Source: an uncultured Nitrososphaeraceae archaeon (GTDB lineage Archaea; Thermoproteota; Nitrososphaeria; Nitrososphaerales; Nitrososphaeraceae). From it: a stretch of DNA of 45,991 bases. This document shows, piece by piece, positions 10,354 through 20,393 of this stretch (positions within the stretch are counted from its first letter, which is position 1; each line of letters begins with the position of its first letter). A program made the translations under genes and the position numbers. A model generated the notes under the pieces. It was not told the DNA's origin and ran no database searches. It saw nothing but the letters and a program-made list of their open reading frames with translations. The stretch covers positions 1-45,991 of the forward strand of contig CAVXZB010000018.1 of NCBI GenBank assembly GCA_963765895.1, read 5' to 3'.

Positions 10354-10986
10354 ATGGAGGATCAGAGTCTTCAAGTTTCAGTCTTCCGCCAATACGAGAA
10401 CGCGTTGGACTCATTGTACATGGTTCTAACGCGGCGGTTGCGGTCAAAACTATCGCTGCAGCAGAAGCTGCCGGAGTGCGACAGATATGGATGGCCCAAC
10501 CACCTGTTTTGCCAGATGTATTAACGATGTTTGCAGCTGGCAGCAACAAAAACATCTACAGTACGCCTAGGAACCTCGATTATACCAACCTATCCACGTC
10601 ATCCCTTGGTCCTGGCTCAGGAGGTTCTAGCTTTATACGATCTTGCACCTGGTCGATTGCGTCTTGGAATAGGCCCCAGTCACCGCTTTATTATAGAAGA
10701 TATTTATGGTCTGCAACAGAGAACACCGTTAGCCCATCTGCGCGAATATCTGAAAGTCCTGCGTGCGGCACTCTGGGAAGGGAAGGTCAATCATCACGGA
10801 CATTTCTATAACGTTATAGCCACATTATCCCATGCATCGCAGATTCCGATACTTATTTCGACACTAGGAAAATCAGCATTTCAATTAGCTGGACAAATTG
10901 CCGATGGAGCCCTTACATGGGTATGTCCTGTTCCGTATCTGCTTCATACTAGGAAATGCCATCTACATTGGTTAATAAATATTTAA
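10354..10986 (+). pseudogene. LLM-class (flavin/F420) oxidoreductase, frameshifted and 3'-truncated
   Basis: AEAAGVRQIWM, VRLGTSIIPTYPRHP, GRLRLGIGPSH, LAGQIADG; indel near 10539; similarity ends near 10950. Confidence 0.8.
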
Positions 10987-11255
10987 AAATAGGTCTTTTA
11001 ATGGTAATTGCATCTGGAGTCTCGGCAGTCTATTTAGATCTCGAAGGGTTCGATTGTCTGTCGAAATTGAGTAAAGTCCAGCGATCTGAGATTATAGTTC
11101 AAAATTTACCAGATCTTGAAAGGAACTGCTTTATCATCACTAATTCTTACGTATATTCACTCTTCGGAGTAATCATAGGAGTTATTCTGATAGTTATTTG
11201 GTATACCAGATATAGAAGGTGGCCATATAAAGAAAACAAAAGGTGGACACGTTGA
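10956..11255 (+). CDS. Small membrane protein, two TM helices
   Basis: Two hydrophobic stretches with a Cys pair in the loop and a basic tail. Confidence 0.6.
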   Translation: MPSTLVNKYLKIGLLMVIASGVSAVYLDLEGFDCLSKLSKVQRSEIIVQNLPDLERNCFIITNSYVYSLFGVIIGVILIVIWYTRYRRWPYKENKRWTR

Positions 11256-11328
11256 TAGATAGCTAACCTTCTAATTACGTAATAGATCTAATAAATACCT
11301 CTTAATTTGTTGTTATGTTATAATGCAT

Positions 11329-11472
11329 ATGGCATCATGTCCAATTTGTAAAAAGAAAATGAGTGAACATTCCGAGTTGCAAGATAAAATATGCAAAATG
11401 ATCACGATAAAGCAATTTGCAAATTACTCTCCTGGTTATGATGTCCAGTTTAGACCTTTCTTCGAAGAATAA
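11329..11472 (+). CDS. 47-aa putative zinc-finger protein (below ORF-track cutoff)
   Basis: MASCPICKKKMSEHSELQDKICKMITIKQFANYSPGYDVQFRPFFEE*; CxxC..H..C. Confidence 0.55.
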   Translation: MASCPICKKKMSEHSELQDKICKMITIKQFANYSPGYDVQFRPFFEE

Positions 11473-12411
11473 GATCATATCTAACTATCTGGGTGTATGT
11501 GGATAGGTGAATCCTTAGATATATCTCCAAGCAGATCTATTGCTGAGTATCTCAATCACATCATGAATCCCATTTTTTGTATTTTCAATTATAGGGGTTT
11601 TTAGTAAGATTATTATCGCAGTCCGCAGCCTGGTTGTCTACCAACCTTTTTACTTTAAAGCCACTAAGGGTTGCTCTTCTACTTTCTCCAGCTCTGGTTG
11701 CTGTTTTTCTTCTTCCTCAGCTAGCTTATCCATTCTTCTCTTGAAGAGCTTGCTATATTCGTAGTCTGATATAAAGTCACACATATTGTAGTATTCTATA
11801 GCATCTTATTTAAGCAGATTCCTATCAATTTTTGAACATGACTATATGACTCTGAATATGGGCCCGTTTCATGCTTTTTACTCTAACCATTTCTAATCAA
11901 TTTCTATTGAAAAACTATAGCAAACAATAGAATTTAATAAAAATTGCCAATTAGTCTAGATAGCAGCAATTATTACTTTTTTCATCCGCTGGCTTCCTCG
12001 GGTCAGGCTACGAATAATGCAGACCTTCTTTGCATTTTGGTCACATTCTCGAGGGCTCAGTTGGACCAATCTACAGATCCGTTATCCGGTGAAGAAAAAG
12101 CAGCCGTATTTACTTCATCCAGTGTTTGTATTACATTGTTTCTCATTCGTGTTAAAGTCTGTTTTTGCATGCTGTCACAGAATCACCTGACATAAAGTCC
12201 CCCGCTAGCAAATCTTATAACTTCGTTACCCAATCCACCAGGTAGTAAAAATATTCTATAAATTACGAAAATTCCACTTGTATCGTCCGTAACTTTTATT
12301 CTTCGATATATCTATATCGGTATGTTACTCGTGTGAAATACAATTGAGGACTCGCCTATTAATTTCAAAAAAACGTATTATAGCCCTTTTTAATACAACA
12401 GCATAATACTG

Positions 12412-13312
12412 TTGAAATTCAGGCACGCAAAACAATCTGATAAAAATAATGCTTTAAAATTCTGTACTGATACATTTGAATGGGGTGACTACATAGAGGA
12501 AGTATGGGATGATTGGAACTCTGATCCAAATGGATATTTGACGGTTGCAGAAGAAGAAGAGGACAGTGGAGTAATAGCAGCACTTTCTCATGCTTATGTA
12601 TGTCCTAATAGGAAAAGGGTATGGTTAGAAGGTGTCAGAGTTAATCCAAATTTCAGACGCAGATCTATTGGAACAGAGTTGATAAAGAGAATGGTACAAT
12701 ATGGCAAAGAACAAGGAGCTAAAGAAGCAGCCGGTCTAGTATCAGTAAAGAATCTCGCCTCACAGGCAATGATGGAAAAAAATGGTTTTGTTGTGACATC
12801 AAGATGGACTTATTGTTATATCAGGACCTACTGCTAGTACAGTATTTCAAAAGCCTGATACTGGCCAAGCCAGAATTGCAACATCAAAGGATAGGGAAAT
12901 GATATGTAATTATCTTAAGCAGTCTCAGATATTTAGGGCAGGCAGCAGAAAATTATGAACATTTATGGAGATGGTATCGTCTTGATTTGAGTTCTGACAT
13001 TTTGCAAAATTTGATTGAAAATAGAAAAATAATCATCATGACTCCTCATAATCATTCAATAATAGAGGGAGTTGCTATTATTAATAAAAACGGCAATAAT
13101 ATGTTTCAAAAGGCTATATCGATGCTTTTGACATATTAACTCTAAGGCGTCTGATCGCCTTTGTCATTAATTTGACATACTCCGAATTAGGAGAAAAAAA
13201 ATCCGAGATACTACAAATGTTCATTACTCACACACCGTTTCTGCAATCAGCTATGGGAGCTTTAGCAATAGATCAATATGGACAGTTTTTATTTTACACA
13301 AAGGAATTTTAG
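12412..13312 (+). pseudogene. GNAT N-acetyltransferase; C-terminal half disrupted by frameshifts
   Basis: WLEGVRVNPNFRRRSIG acetyl-CoA motif, NLASQAMMEKNGF; protein-like frames continue past 12837 to about 13312. Confidence 0.75.
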
Positions 13313-13458
13313 CTTCGCAGTCGTTCTAGGTATAGTAAAATTGTACATCAAGCAAGCAACATACCATATACCATATATAGATAGTTAGATTGAAAATTCG
13401 AAAATATCCTCGTAGGTTCTGGATTCCAATGGTCGTTGTCTTTTGAGAAATGTCTTTT

Positions 13459-13755
13459 TTAGTCGCGCATGCAGCTGCTTGCCATGGCGACAGACAAACC
13501 CCATTTCCTTCCCACTGAACACCATCCTATAACATAGCCTCTTACAAAATCCCATAAATGGAATTGAAAACCATTACCTAGATGCGTTATATATTCATCT
13601 GCCCCGCATTTATGTGGAGGGATACAACTGCCCATTCCATCACTTACCTCGAACTGAAAGCCTGATTGATAGTCCGATATTGCATTTGACGCGCCTATCA
13701 TTAGGACCACGACTGCCACTGCTCCTATCAAGACTTTTATGAAGGACAATCCCAT
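13459..13755 (-). CDS. Secreted YxSGF-domain family member (C-terminus possibly degenerate)
   Basis: Signal peptide LMIGASNA; ISDYQSGFQFEVSDG..C..C..YI..LGNGFQFHLWDFVRGYVIGWC. Confidence 0.7.
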   Translation of the reverse strand: MGLSFIKVLIGAVAVVVLMIGASNAISDYQSGFQFEVSDGMGSCIPPHKCGADEYITHLGNGFQFHLWDFVRGYVIGWCSVGRKWGLSVAMASSCMRD

Positions 13756-13874
13756 GTTGCCTCATCTGCATCACTACTGATACCTGCCTTACACATGGCA
13801 GCAATATATCTTCTGATGAATTCCTTTGTATGAAATGCAAAACCCTTGTCCTTTCCTAGTATATACCGATGACG
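13737..13874 (-). pseudogene. 5'-truncated member of the same secreted family (not in ORF track)
   Basis: RHRYILGKDKGFAFHTKEFIRRYIAAMCKAGISSDADEATWDCPS*. Confidence 0.75.
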
Positions 13875-14684
13875 TTTATGATTGCGGCTAACAAGGGAAG
13901 GAAAATTGATTATACGAAACCATATGAAACTATATACTAGTCTTTCAAGTATTTATGCAAGGGATAATGTTATCAATATTATAACAACGTTTCCTCGATT
14001 ATACACCTAATCGTCTGTTAATCTGTGAACCTTTTCTATCAAGACATACTTGTCTAAATAATACACATTTGAAGACAGTATAGAATAAAGAAAAAAGATA
14101 TGGGGGTTAGTTGTTACCGTTGCCGAACTCGTCAGTTAATCCGTTAGTATGAAATTATGAAAATATGAAAATCAGAAAATGATTAGATACTTCAAGATGA
14201 TCGTAATGAAGTACTTATGAGACTCTAGCAGATCACTTTTGATAGACCTGGAAATGATAGATAGTATTTCAGCCAGGTGTTGATAAAAAGACATCAGACT
14301 ATGGAATAAGTTAAAGTGATGTAGTAGTAATGTTATGATTAATCCCATTTACTAACTGCATAACCGTCCATGATTATTACACAAACAATTCAGAATAATG
14401 AGAGGGTATCCTCATTTAAGCAATTAACGTTATGTATGGCACGCCCCATTATAGATGCATAAACTTCTATCATTATTGTCTATGTAGACATAATTATTGG
14501 AAGATGCAGAACATACCTTGGAGATAACCACAAAAACCTAGTTAGGACAAGAGAGATAGCATCTTTTCAAAGTCAGATCGCATTGCGGGCCTAAAGCAAA
14601 TCCATCTTACGAGTCCAGTCCAATGACAGTAATAAGACACTTGTCAAAATTGTTTAAATCGTAGTTTGGCTATTTTTTGGTATA

Positions 14685-14957
14685 ATGGAAAGTCAGGGCA
14701 GCAGTTGCGATTCTCGAATTCACGCCTACAAAAATGGCAAAACAATGGAGCAGTGCAGACAGGAAGCCAGAAAAACTACAGAGTTACTATCAGAAGAAAT
14801 TTCGAAGAATGGGGAGGTATCCTGGAGAAGAGTATTGGAAGTAACAGACTATGACGAATTAGTCTATAAATTAACTTTAAAGTATCTTCGACAAAGAGGG
14901 TGCGATATTGGTAATAACACTATTCCCCGTGTAAAAAACGGCAACATTTGTATGTAA
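14685..14957 (+). CDS. Hypothetical protein
   Basis: 90-aa ATG ORF with ordinary composition; function not recognised. Confidence 0.7.
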   Translation: MESQGSSCDSRIHAYKNGKTMEQCRQEARKTTELLSEEISKNGEVSWRRVLEVTDYDELVYKLTLKYLRQRGCDIGNNTIPRVKNGNICM

Positions 14958-15079
14958 AAACGATTTTATCTATTCTTTACTGCTTAAAGATTGCAAAAGC
15001 TGCAAAGACATAGGGCGCATTTTGACACTGTATGGTTTTACTTGTACGACTAATGAAGCCTTTTCTCCGGCGAAAATCA

Positions 15080-15841
15080 TTAAAGGTTCTTTGTCACATC
15101 ATAATACTCAGTGTCAATGCGACGGGGATCTCCATATTCATCATGGCGGCGCACCCAGAATTGAGGAAAGGCATGACCAACCTCATCTCGGCCCTTGGGA
15201 ACGAGGTCAAGGTAGTTGTATGCCGCATTTAACATATCAATGCCACGTGCATAAGCTGAATAGGTGTGAAACACGCGACCAGCAGGGTCTTTGTAAAATA
15301 CGCTAATTCCTTCCCTCTCTGACATCCAGGCCTGGTCCGTATAGTTGTATGAATCTTCCTTCTTGGCTAACTGATCCTGGGTGAAAGACACGTGATAGTC
15401 GAAATTGAAATCTGTATCGTAGGAGGAAACCCACTTGAAATCCCAGCCCATCCGCTTTTGGTATGCCTCCAACTTGCCATATGGCGCATGAGAAACAGCG
15501 ATCATGGTCACATCTCTCCGATTCAAATGCACAATTATTCCATTGAAATTGTCTGCCCAAAAGGAACAACTTGGACATCCTGCGTTCCAACTTGAATCAA
15601 ACATGAAGTGATAGACTAATAGTTGGCTTCTTCCGTCGAAAAGCTCTGACAGCGTTTGTTTCCCATTCTTCCCCTCAAAGACATACTCCTTATCGACGAC
15701 TACCCACGGCAGATCGCGTTGTTGTTGGCTAAGTTGATCACGCAAAGCAGTGAACTCTTTTTCCTTCTTGAGCAGCTCCGTGCGAGCCTTGACCCATTCT
15801 TCCTCGGAAACAATCCTGCGGTCATTTAAGGGGTCAGCCAT
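15080..15841 (-). CDS. DUF899-like thioredoxin-superfamily protein
   Basis: EWVKARTELLKKEKEFT, LFDGRSQLLVYHFMF, GCPSCS, FHTYSAYARG, YLDLVPKGRDE, WVRRHDEY. Confidence 0.93.
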   Translation of the reverse strand: MADPLNDRRIVSEEEWVKARTELLKKEKEFTALRDQLSQQQRDLPWVVVDKEYVFEGKNGKQTLSELFDGRSQLLVYHFMFDSSWNAGCPSCSFWADNFNGIIVHLNRRDVTMIAVSHAPYGKLEAYQKRMGWDFKWVSSYDTDFNFDYHVSFTQDQLAKKEDSYNYTDQAWMSEREGISVFYKDPAGRVFHTYSAYARGIDMLNAAYNYLDLVPKGRDEVGHAFPQFWVRRHDEYGDPRRIDTEYYDVTKNL

Positions 15842-16484
15842 TATTTTCTCCCTCTAAATATACTATTTAGGGTCATAAATAACATACCAAATCCATTCTG
15901 AATACGCTTGTTTGTTATTGGGCCACCACAAACATGCCCTCCTTTGATCCATTCTTCTGATTCTATCATATCATAAAATTGACACTGGTAACTCTTAGGG
16001 CATTTTAGGTCATTGGTAACTTAGGGTGATGTTCAAGTGTTAACTTAGGGACATGAAGCACAATGTTTTCAGTCTAGCTTTGCCTGGTAGAAGATCAGCG
16101 GCAAATTATTAAATTCATCCACCCAGTCCACTATTTTAAAGTGAATGATTACGATTAGAATGTACCAGCAGCACGAGTATCCCAGAACCACATTGGCAGA
16201 TGCGATTGAACAGAAAATTATCAACAATCATAGGTCTGGAGATTAGCTCGATGACGCAAGACGCAAGTCGATACGATGAGGAAGAGAACCTGAATTCGAG
16301 CAATCGAGAAAAGGATCCACCCAATCATCTTGATAGAGAAAATCCTTGCCAGTGAATATATCAGAATATGTGCAGAAGGCAAGGGATGAACTCAAGCAGT
16401 ACGAGGAGCAAAAGAAATTTTATGAGAAGCGGAGAAAAAGAGAGAGATTATACTTGAGCTCGTTGATCTACTAGAAGAGCACGA

Positions 16485-17000
16485 TTATCCCAAGAAATGA
16501 TTGGACTCATTCTTATTAGTTAGAAATTCCTCTTCAAATTGCATGAATTTAGTTGTGAGATCTTTTCCAGTAGGATCTATAAATTTGGCAAATCTTTCTT
16601 CTTCCTCTAGGATAAATCCTGCCATCGGCTGATAGATGTGATAACCGTTGCCAGTCCAAAGTACTGTAGGATGGCCTCGCATTTTGCTTTCGATTTGTTT
16701 TAAGACTCTATTCAGAGCTTTATCAAGCTTATCGATTGACCCAAAGTCCCTCAGATCTATATCTATCATTAGAAAACTTGGTGCAGTTCTATTGATATCA
16801 TCATATTTTGTAAATGATGGATATGCGTTGATCCTGCAATCCTCATAGTTTGAAGTTCTAAAAATATTCAAGGGCCTCCTGTGCGTTGAACACCTCTTTC
16901 TGATATCCAAGTGCTTTAGTCATGATATTACTTGGGAAAAAGGGCCCTTGGAAATGCGATAATATGAGGTTTAGATTCTGTTTTACCTCATTTAAATTCT
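16485..17000 (-). pseudogene. Archaeo-eukaryotic primase (prim-pol) catalytic-domain fragment
   Basis: FLMIDID (DxD) and LWTGNGYHIYQP motifs; N-terminus (LILSHFQGPFFP..LGYQKEVFN) lies in another frame; C-terminus truncated. Confidence 0.72.
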
Positions 17001-17359
17001 GACTACAAAGGGGGTAGATTTCTTTCTGTATTGGGGTGAAAGAAAAATTCCCTCCTTGTATACCATTATTTCGTTTTTGAGCTGGTCCAGTGTTTATTGT
17101 AATCTATATGACTAATACTAATTTGATTAATATACATTTTATTTATCCATACTGCATTTGAACTACCTTTAACTAAAATTTCTGATTACTAAAGGAGTAG
17201 ATTTCATTCAGTGCACTTGATGTCTTGGAAAATTCGCATGATAACAGAGAAAAGCTGCAGGCAATGGAACTATTCAAGGATACACACCTAGTCAAGCTGT
17301 AGTTACTGTCAAAAATGTTCATTGCCATAAAAATTCTGATTTAAATTCATGGATTGCTA

Positions 17360-18188
17360 TCATACCTTGGAATAAAGTTTTGGAAAATCTATTGCATTAT
17401 TTTTGTTTTTCAATCTTCGTTGATGTACAGTTTCCCATTTTTGTGTGTATGTTTTAGTGACATCCTCTATCTTATCTGCAGTAAAGGCCAACACATATTG
17501 ATATTCTTTTCTCCAGTTTTCTTCATAATAGTGTGGATGATTTAGTGAGATTGGATAATCTAAAGTAGAATCTGCATGGACCCATTGCCCATCTTCTGAA
17601 GAAGAAGAATAAGAAAGCATAGCTTCGTTCCAGCAATGGTCAAGGAAGTCATGTACAATTCTTGTTTTTATTCCTAAACTACTTAATATAGCTCCAAAAA
17701 GCATGGACCATTCACTACACCTTCCGGTTTTATTCTCAACAATCTTTAGAATTTCGCCATATCTAGGAAAGGCATATTCGCTTTTACAGACGCTCGCAGC
17801 CAAAGACTTCTACTTTGCGTATCTTCCATGGGTCGCCTATTATTATTTTCTTAATTTGCATTATTGGTGCTGCTGATGCTACTGACCTACTACTAATACT
17901 ATTACTGTCACTAACACCATTAGGACTATCACATCTGTTAACGCACACTTCACAAACAGGATCCTTTGGAATCCATTTCATAAACTCATTTTTGAACCAT
18001 TTCAATAATGGTATAATGTTGCCATCTTCTTTTGTTGTTGCTTTCAAAATAACGTCTTGTGGTATTAACGATCTAACTTTTTTCAGGATCTCTGGATTTT
18101 CATACTGCTCTGTCACTCTTTTATAAAGCATAAAAGTATCTTTCAAAGGATCGGAAGGCAATCCAAGTAGACAGGACCAATCAAGCAT
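17360..18188 (-). CDS. Peptide:N-glycanase (Png1/NGLY1)-like transglutaminase-fold protein, split by a 1-nt insertion near 17795
   Basis: YENP..LIP, LLKWFKNEFMKW, CEVC, restored CSVC, FPRY, GRCSEW, DHCWNE, WVHAD, YEENW, YVLAF, EDVT.TY. Confidence 0.85.
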
Positions 18189-18601
18189 GATATATTATGT
18201 ACAAGTTACAATTGTTATTATTATGTTATTCTTGGCAAAGAGTGATGATATTTCATACCACTTTTGCAATTACAAGATTTAACATCATAGCATATACAAC
18301 CAGATTCAATTCTAGGGCTATGAAATGAAATAGGATATTGTGCTTTTGACCCTTCATTATTTGGCACCAATCCAAGAATCATGATATGGAATGGATGATG
18401 ATAGTGATAGTGATGGTGGCGCGCTTTCTATATCTCTTAATAGTCGCCCCTCCACGCGAGTTAACGCATTAGAGTCGTACTATGCCCTTTAGATCAACAG
18501 CCATAGGATTAGCATGTGTAGGCATCCCTGTTACGAATAGTGTATGAACTTCGAAAAGTTTTGATTAATAGTTATACGAAAAGCGCCTAGCCGTCATAGA
18601 T

Positions 18602-18724
18602 GTCAGGGTATCCATAGTGCTATATTGGGTTCTACATTATGCATTAAGCTAATGGCACCTTTTTTACGAACATCTTCTCACTTACAGAATGAATATGTAC
18701 TATGGTTACTATGGATACCCTGAC
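18602..18724. repeat. 123-bp element with perfect 17-bp inverted repeats (MITE-like)
   Basis: GTCAGGGTATCCATAGT (18602-18618) and ACTATGGATACCCTGAC (18708-18724). Confidence 0.75.
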
Positions 18725-18858
18725 GAGACAGAATATCACTAGTGATCTGAGCGTGAAATATTATGAAAAATCACTAACAAAACTAATCCGTCAGGGTTGA
18801 TTTTCTATAACATGAGATACAATTGCGCGCGCGGTTATGATTAATATTTTCATTGCGT

Positions 18859-19330
18859 TTATTTCTTAGCCTTATTAGACTTCTGTAAGCTTGCCTTTAA
18901 CGCTCCCACAAGATCCTTAGTCTCTTCCTCTTTGACTTTTTGTGGCTCGGAGACTATCATTCTACCTTTTACTTTTGTGTCTATCAGTTTTTCTAATTCT
19001 TTAGCATAGGTATCAGAATACTTGCTCAGATCAAAATCTTCACTAGACAGATTTTCAACTAGCAATTTTCCCAATGATAATTCTTTATTATCCACAGCAG
19101 CGCGCTGTAGGTCTCTAAGTTCACTAATTTCATCTATCGGTCGTATATCATCTATATAATGAAGTAGATGCATTACAATTACTCTCTGATAAGGTCTGAG
19201 AGCCACAACATACTCTTTTTCTCTAAGCACTATTTTTCCAAGTGCTATTTTTTAGTTTCAGTTAGTACTTTTACAAAAAGTGAATATGCCTTATCATTTT
19301 TGTTCTTATTGTCAATAAACTAGTAGTAGG
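18859..19330 (-). pseudogene. ku: Prokaryotic Ku (NHEJ) protein, C-terminal half only
   Basis: KAYSLF..VL..T upstream (frameshifted), GKIVLREKE, LHYIDDIRP, ELSLGKLLVENL, FDLSKYSDTY, DLVGALKASL. Confidence 0.8.
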
Positions 19331-19419
19331 ATATTTGCAACATGCTGCCGGAGATGTAGTTGCACATTAACATTTAGCATTTAGAACATGTTTTATCCAC
19401 AAAGACAAGTTGTTTATTC

Positions 19420-20235
19420 TCATTTTTTTCTAACAAATTTAATTATTCTGATAAAGATATTGTCATTATCTCCGCTTGATATAGTTCTTGCTATAACTGA
19501 AAACAGAATCGCCAGACCAGTCGCAGATGAGATTAGCCAAAGAATATAGCTATTTGCAAGATCTATCCTTCCAGACCAAACGTCATATATTATTCGCAAA
19601 GCTATGGTAAACACTCCCTGACCTGCACCAATTCCTATCAAAATCTTTCCAAGGTTAACTCTGTTTGCTGCAAACAAACTTGCACCTACAAGCACAGTAA
19701 TTCCTCCTAACTGGCTAATAATTACTACTATGCCTATTGGAACTATAACTAGCGCCCAAATATTGCTTGGTAAGTTGGTCAACATCTCATTTTGAATTAT
19801 GTAGTAAAATCTTACATCGGCTTTGTAACCAGAAATCAAAAATATAATCCCTGAAACAAAAGCAATAACCGCAGCTAGCTGATTTCTTTCCCATCTGCTA
19901 AATCGTATAGTTTCATATATGTCATAGAAAATCCTCTTGGCCTTTGTAGTAGCAGTACTATATGTTCTATCAACAATTTCTAAAGGTGTGATAGTATTTT
20001 TCATCCTTTCGATAGAATATCTGTGATGTACCTCATAAGCAGTTATTTTAAGTTCTATATCTTTTTTGCTTATTGATAATATCGTGGACCTGGGAACAGC
20101 ATATTTCCTCAACCACGTAAATTCGCTTTGTATAACTATGGTGTCTGCAAAAACTTTTTTGACAAATCCCAATTTTTTGCCATCGCTGGAGTATACCGAC
20201 TTGTGTAATATTCCAGACTCATCAGCATAATACAT
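19420..20235 (-). CDS. PRC-barrel-like N-terminal domain fused to a multi-pass membrane domain
   Basis: KSVYSSDGKKLGFV..KYAVP motif, then about four hydrophobic helices. Confidence 0.65.
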   Translation of the reverse strand: MYYADESGILHKSVYSSDGKKLGFVKKVFADTIVIQSEFTWLRKYAVPRSTILSISKKDIELKITAYEVHHRYSIERMKNTITPLEIVDRTYSTATTKAKRIFYDIYETIRFSRWERNQLAAVIAFVSGIIFLISGYKADVRFYYIIQNEMLTNLPSNIWALVIVPIGIVVIISQLGGITVLVGASLFAANRVNLGKILIGIGAGQGVFTIALRIIYDVWSGRIDLANSYILWLISSATGLAILFSVIARTISSGDNDNIFIRIIKFVRKK

Positions 20236-20393
20236 ATTTCATTACTCCGATATGTAATACTTACTCATGTAGGTCAATTGTGTGACTTGTTTGATCTTAT
20301 AAAGATACTATACTTGTTTATAAGTTTCAACAAAAGTGCACTTGCTTACGTATCTCGATATACGATATTTCATTCTGTTTACACTTGTCCTAA

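Noticed and set aside
7881-13874. Diversity-generating retroelement
   Set aside because: No reverse transcriptase; copies differ at all bases rather than only at adenines
15989-16050. Telomeric TTAGGG repeats
   Set aside because: Three non-tandem copies in a prokaryotic context
16485-19330. Ku-LigD NHEJ operon
   Set aside because: The AEP fragment resembles an element primase rather than LigD-Pol, and an unrelated gene separates the two
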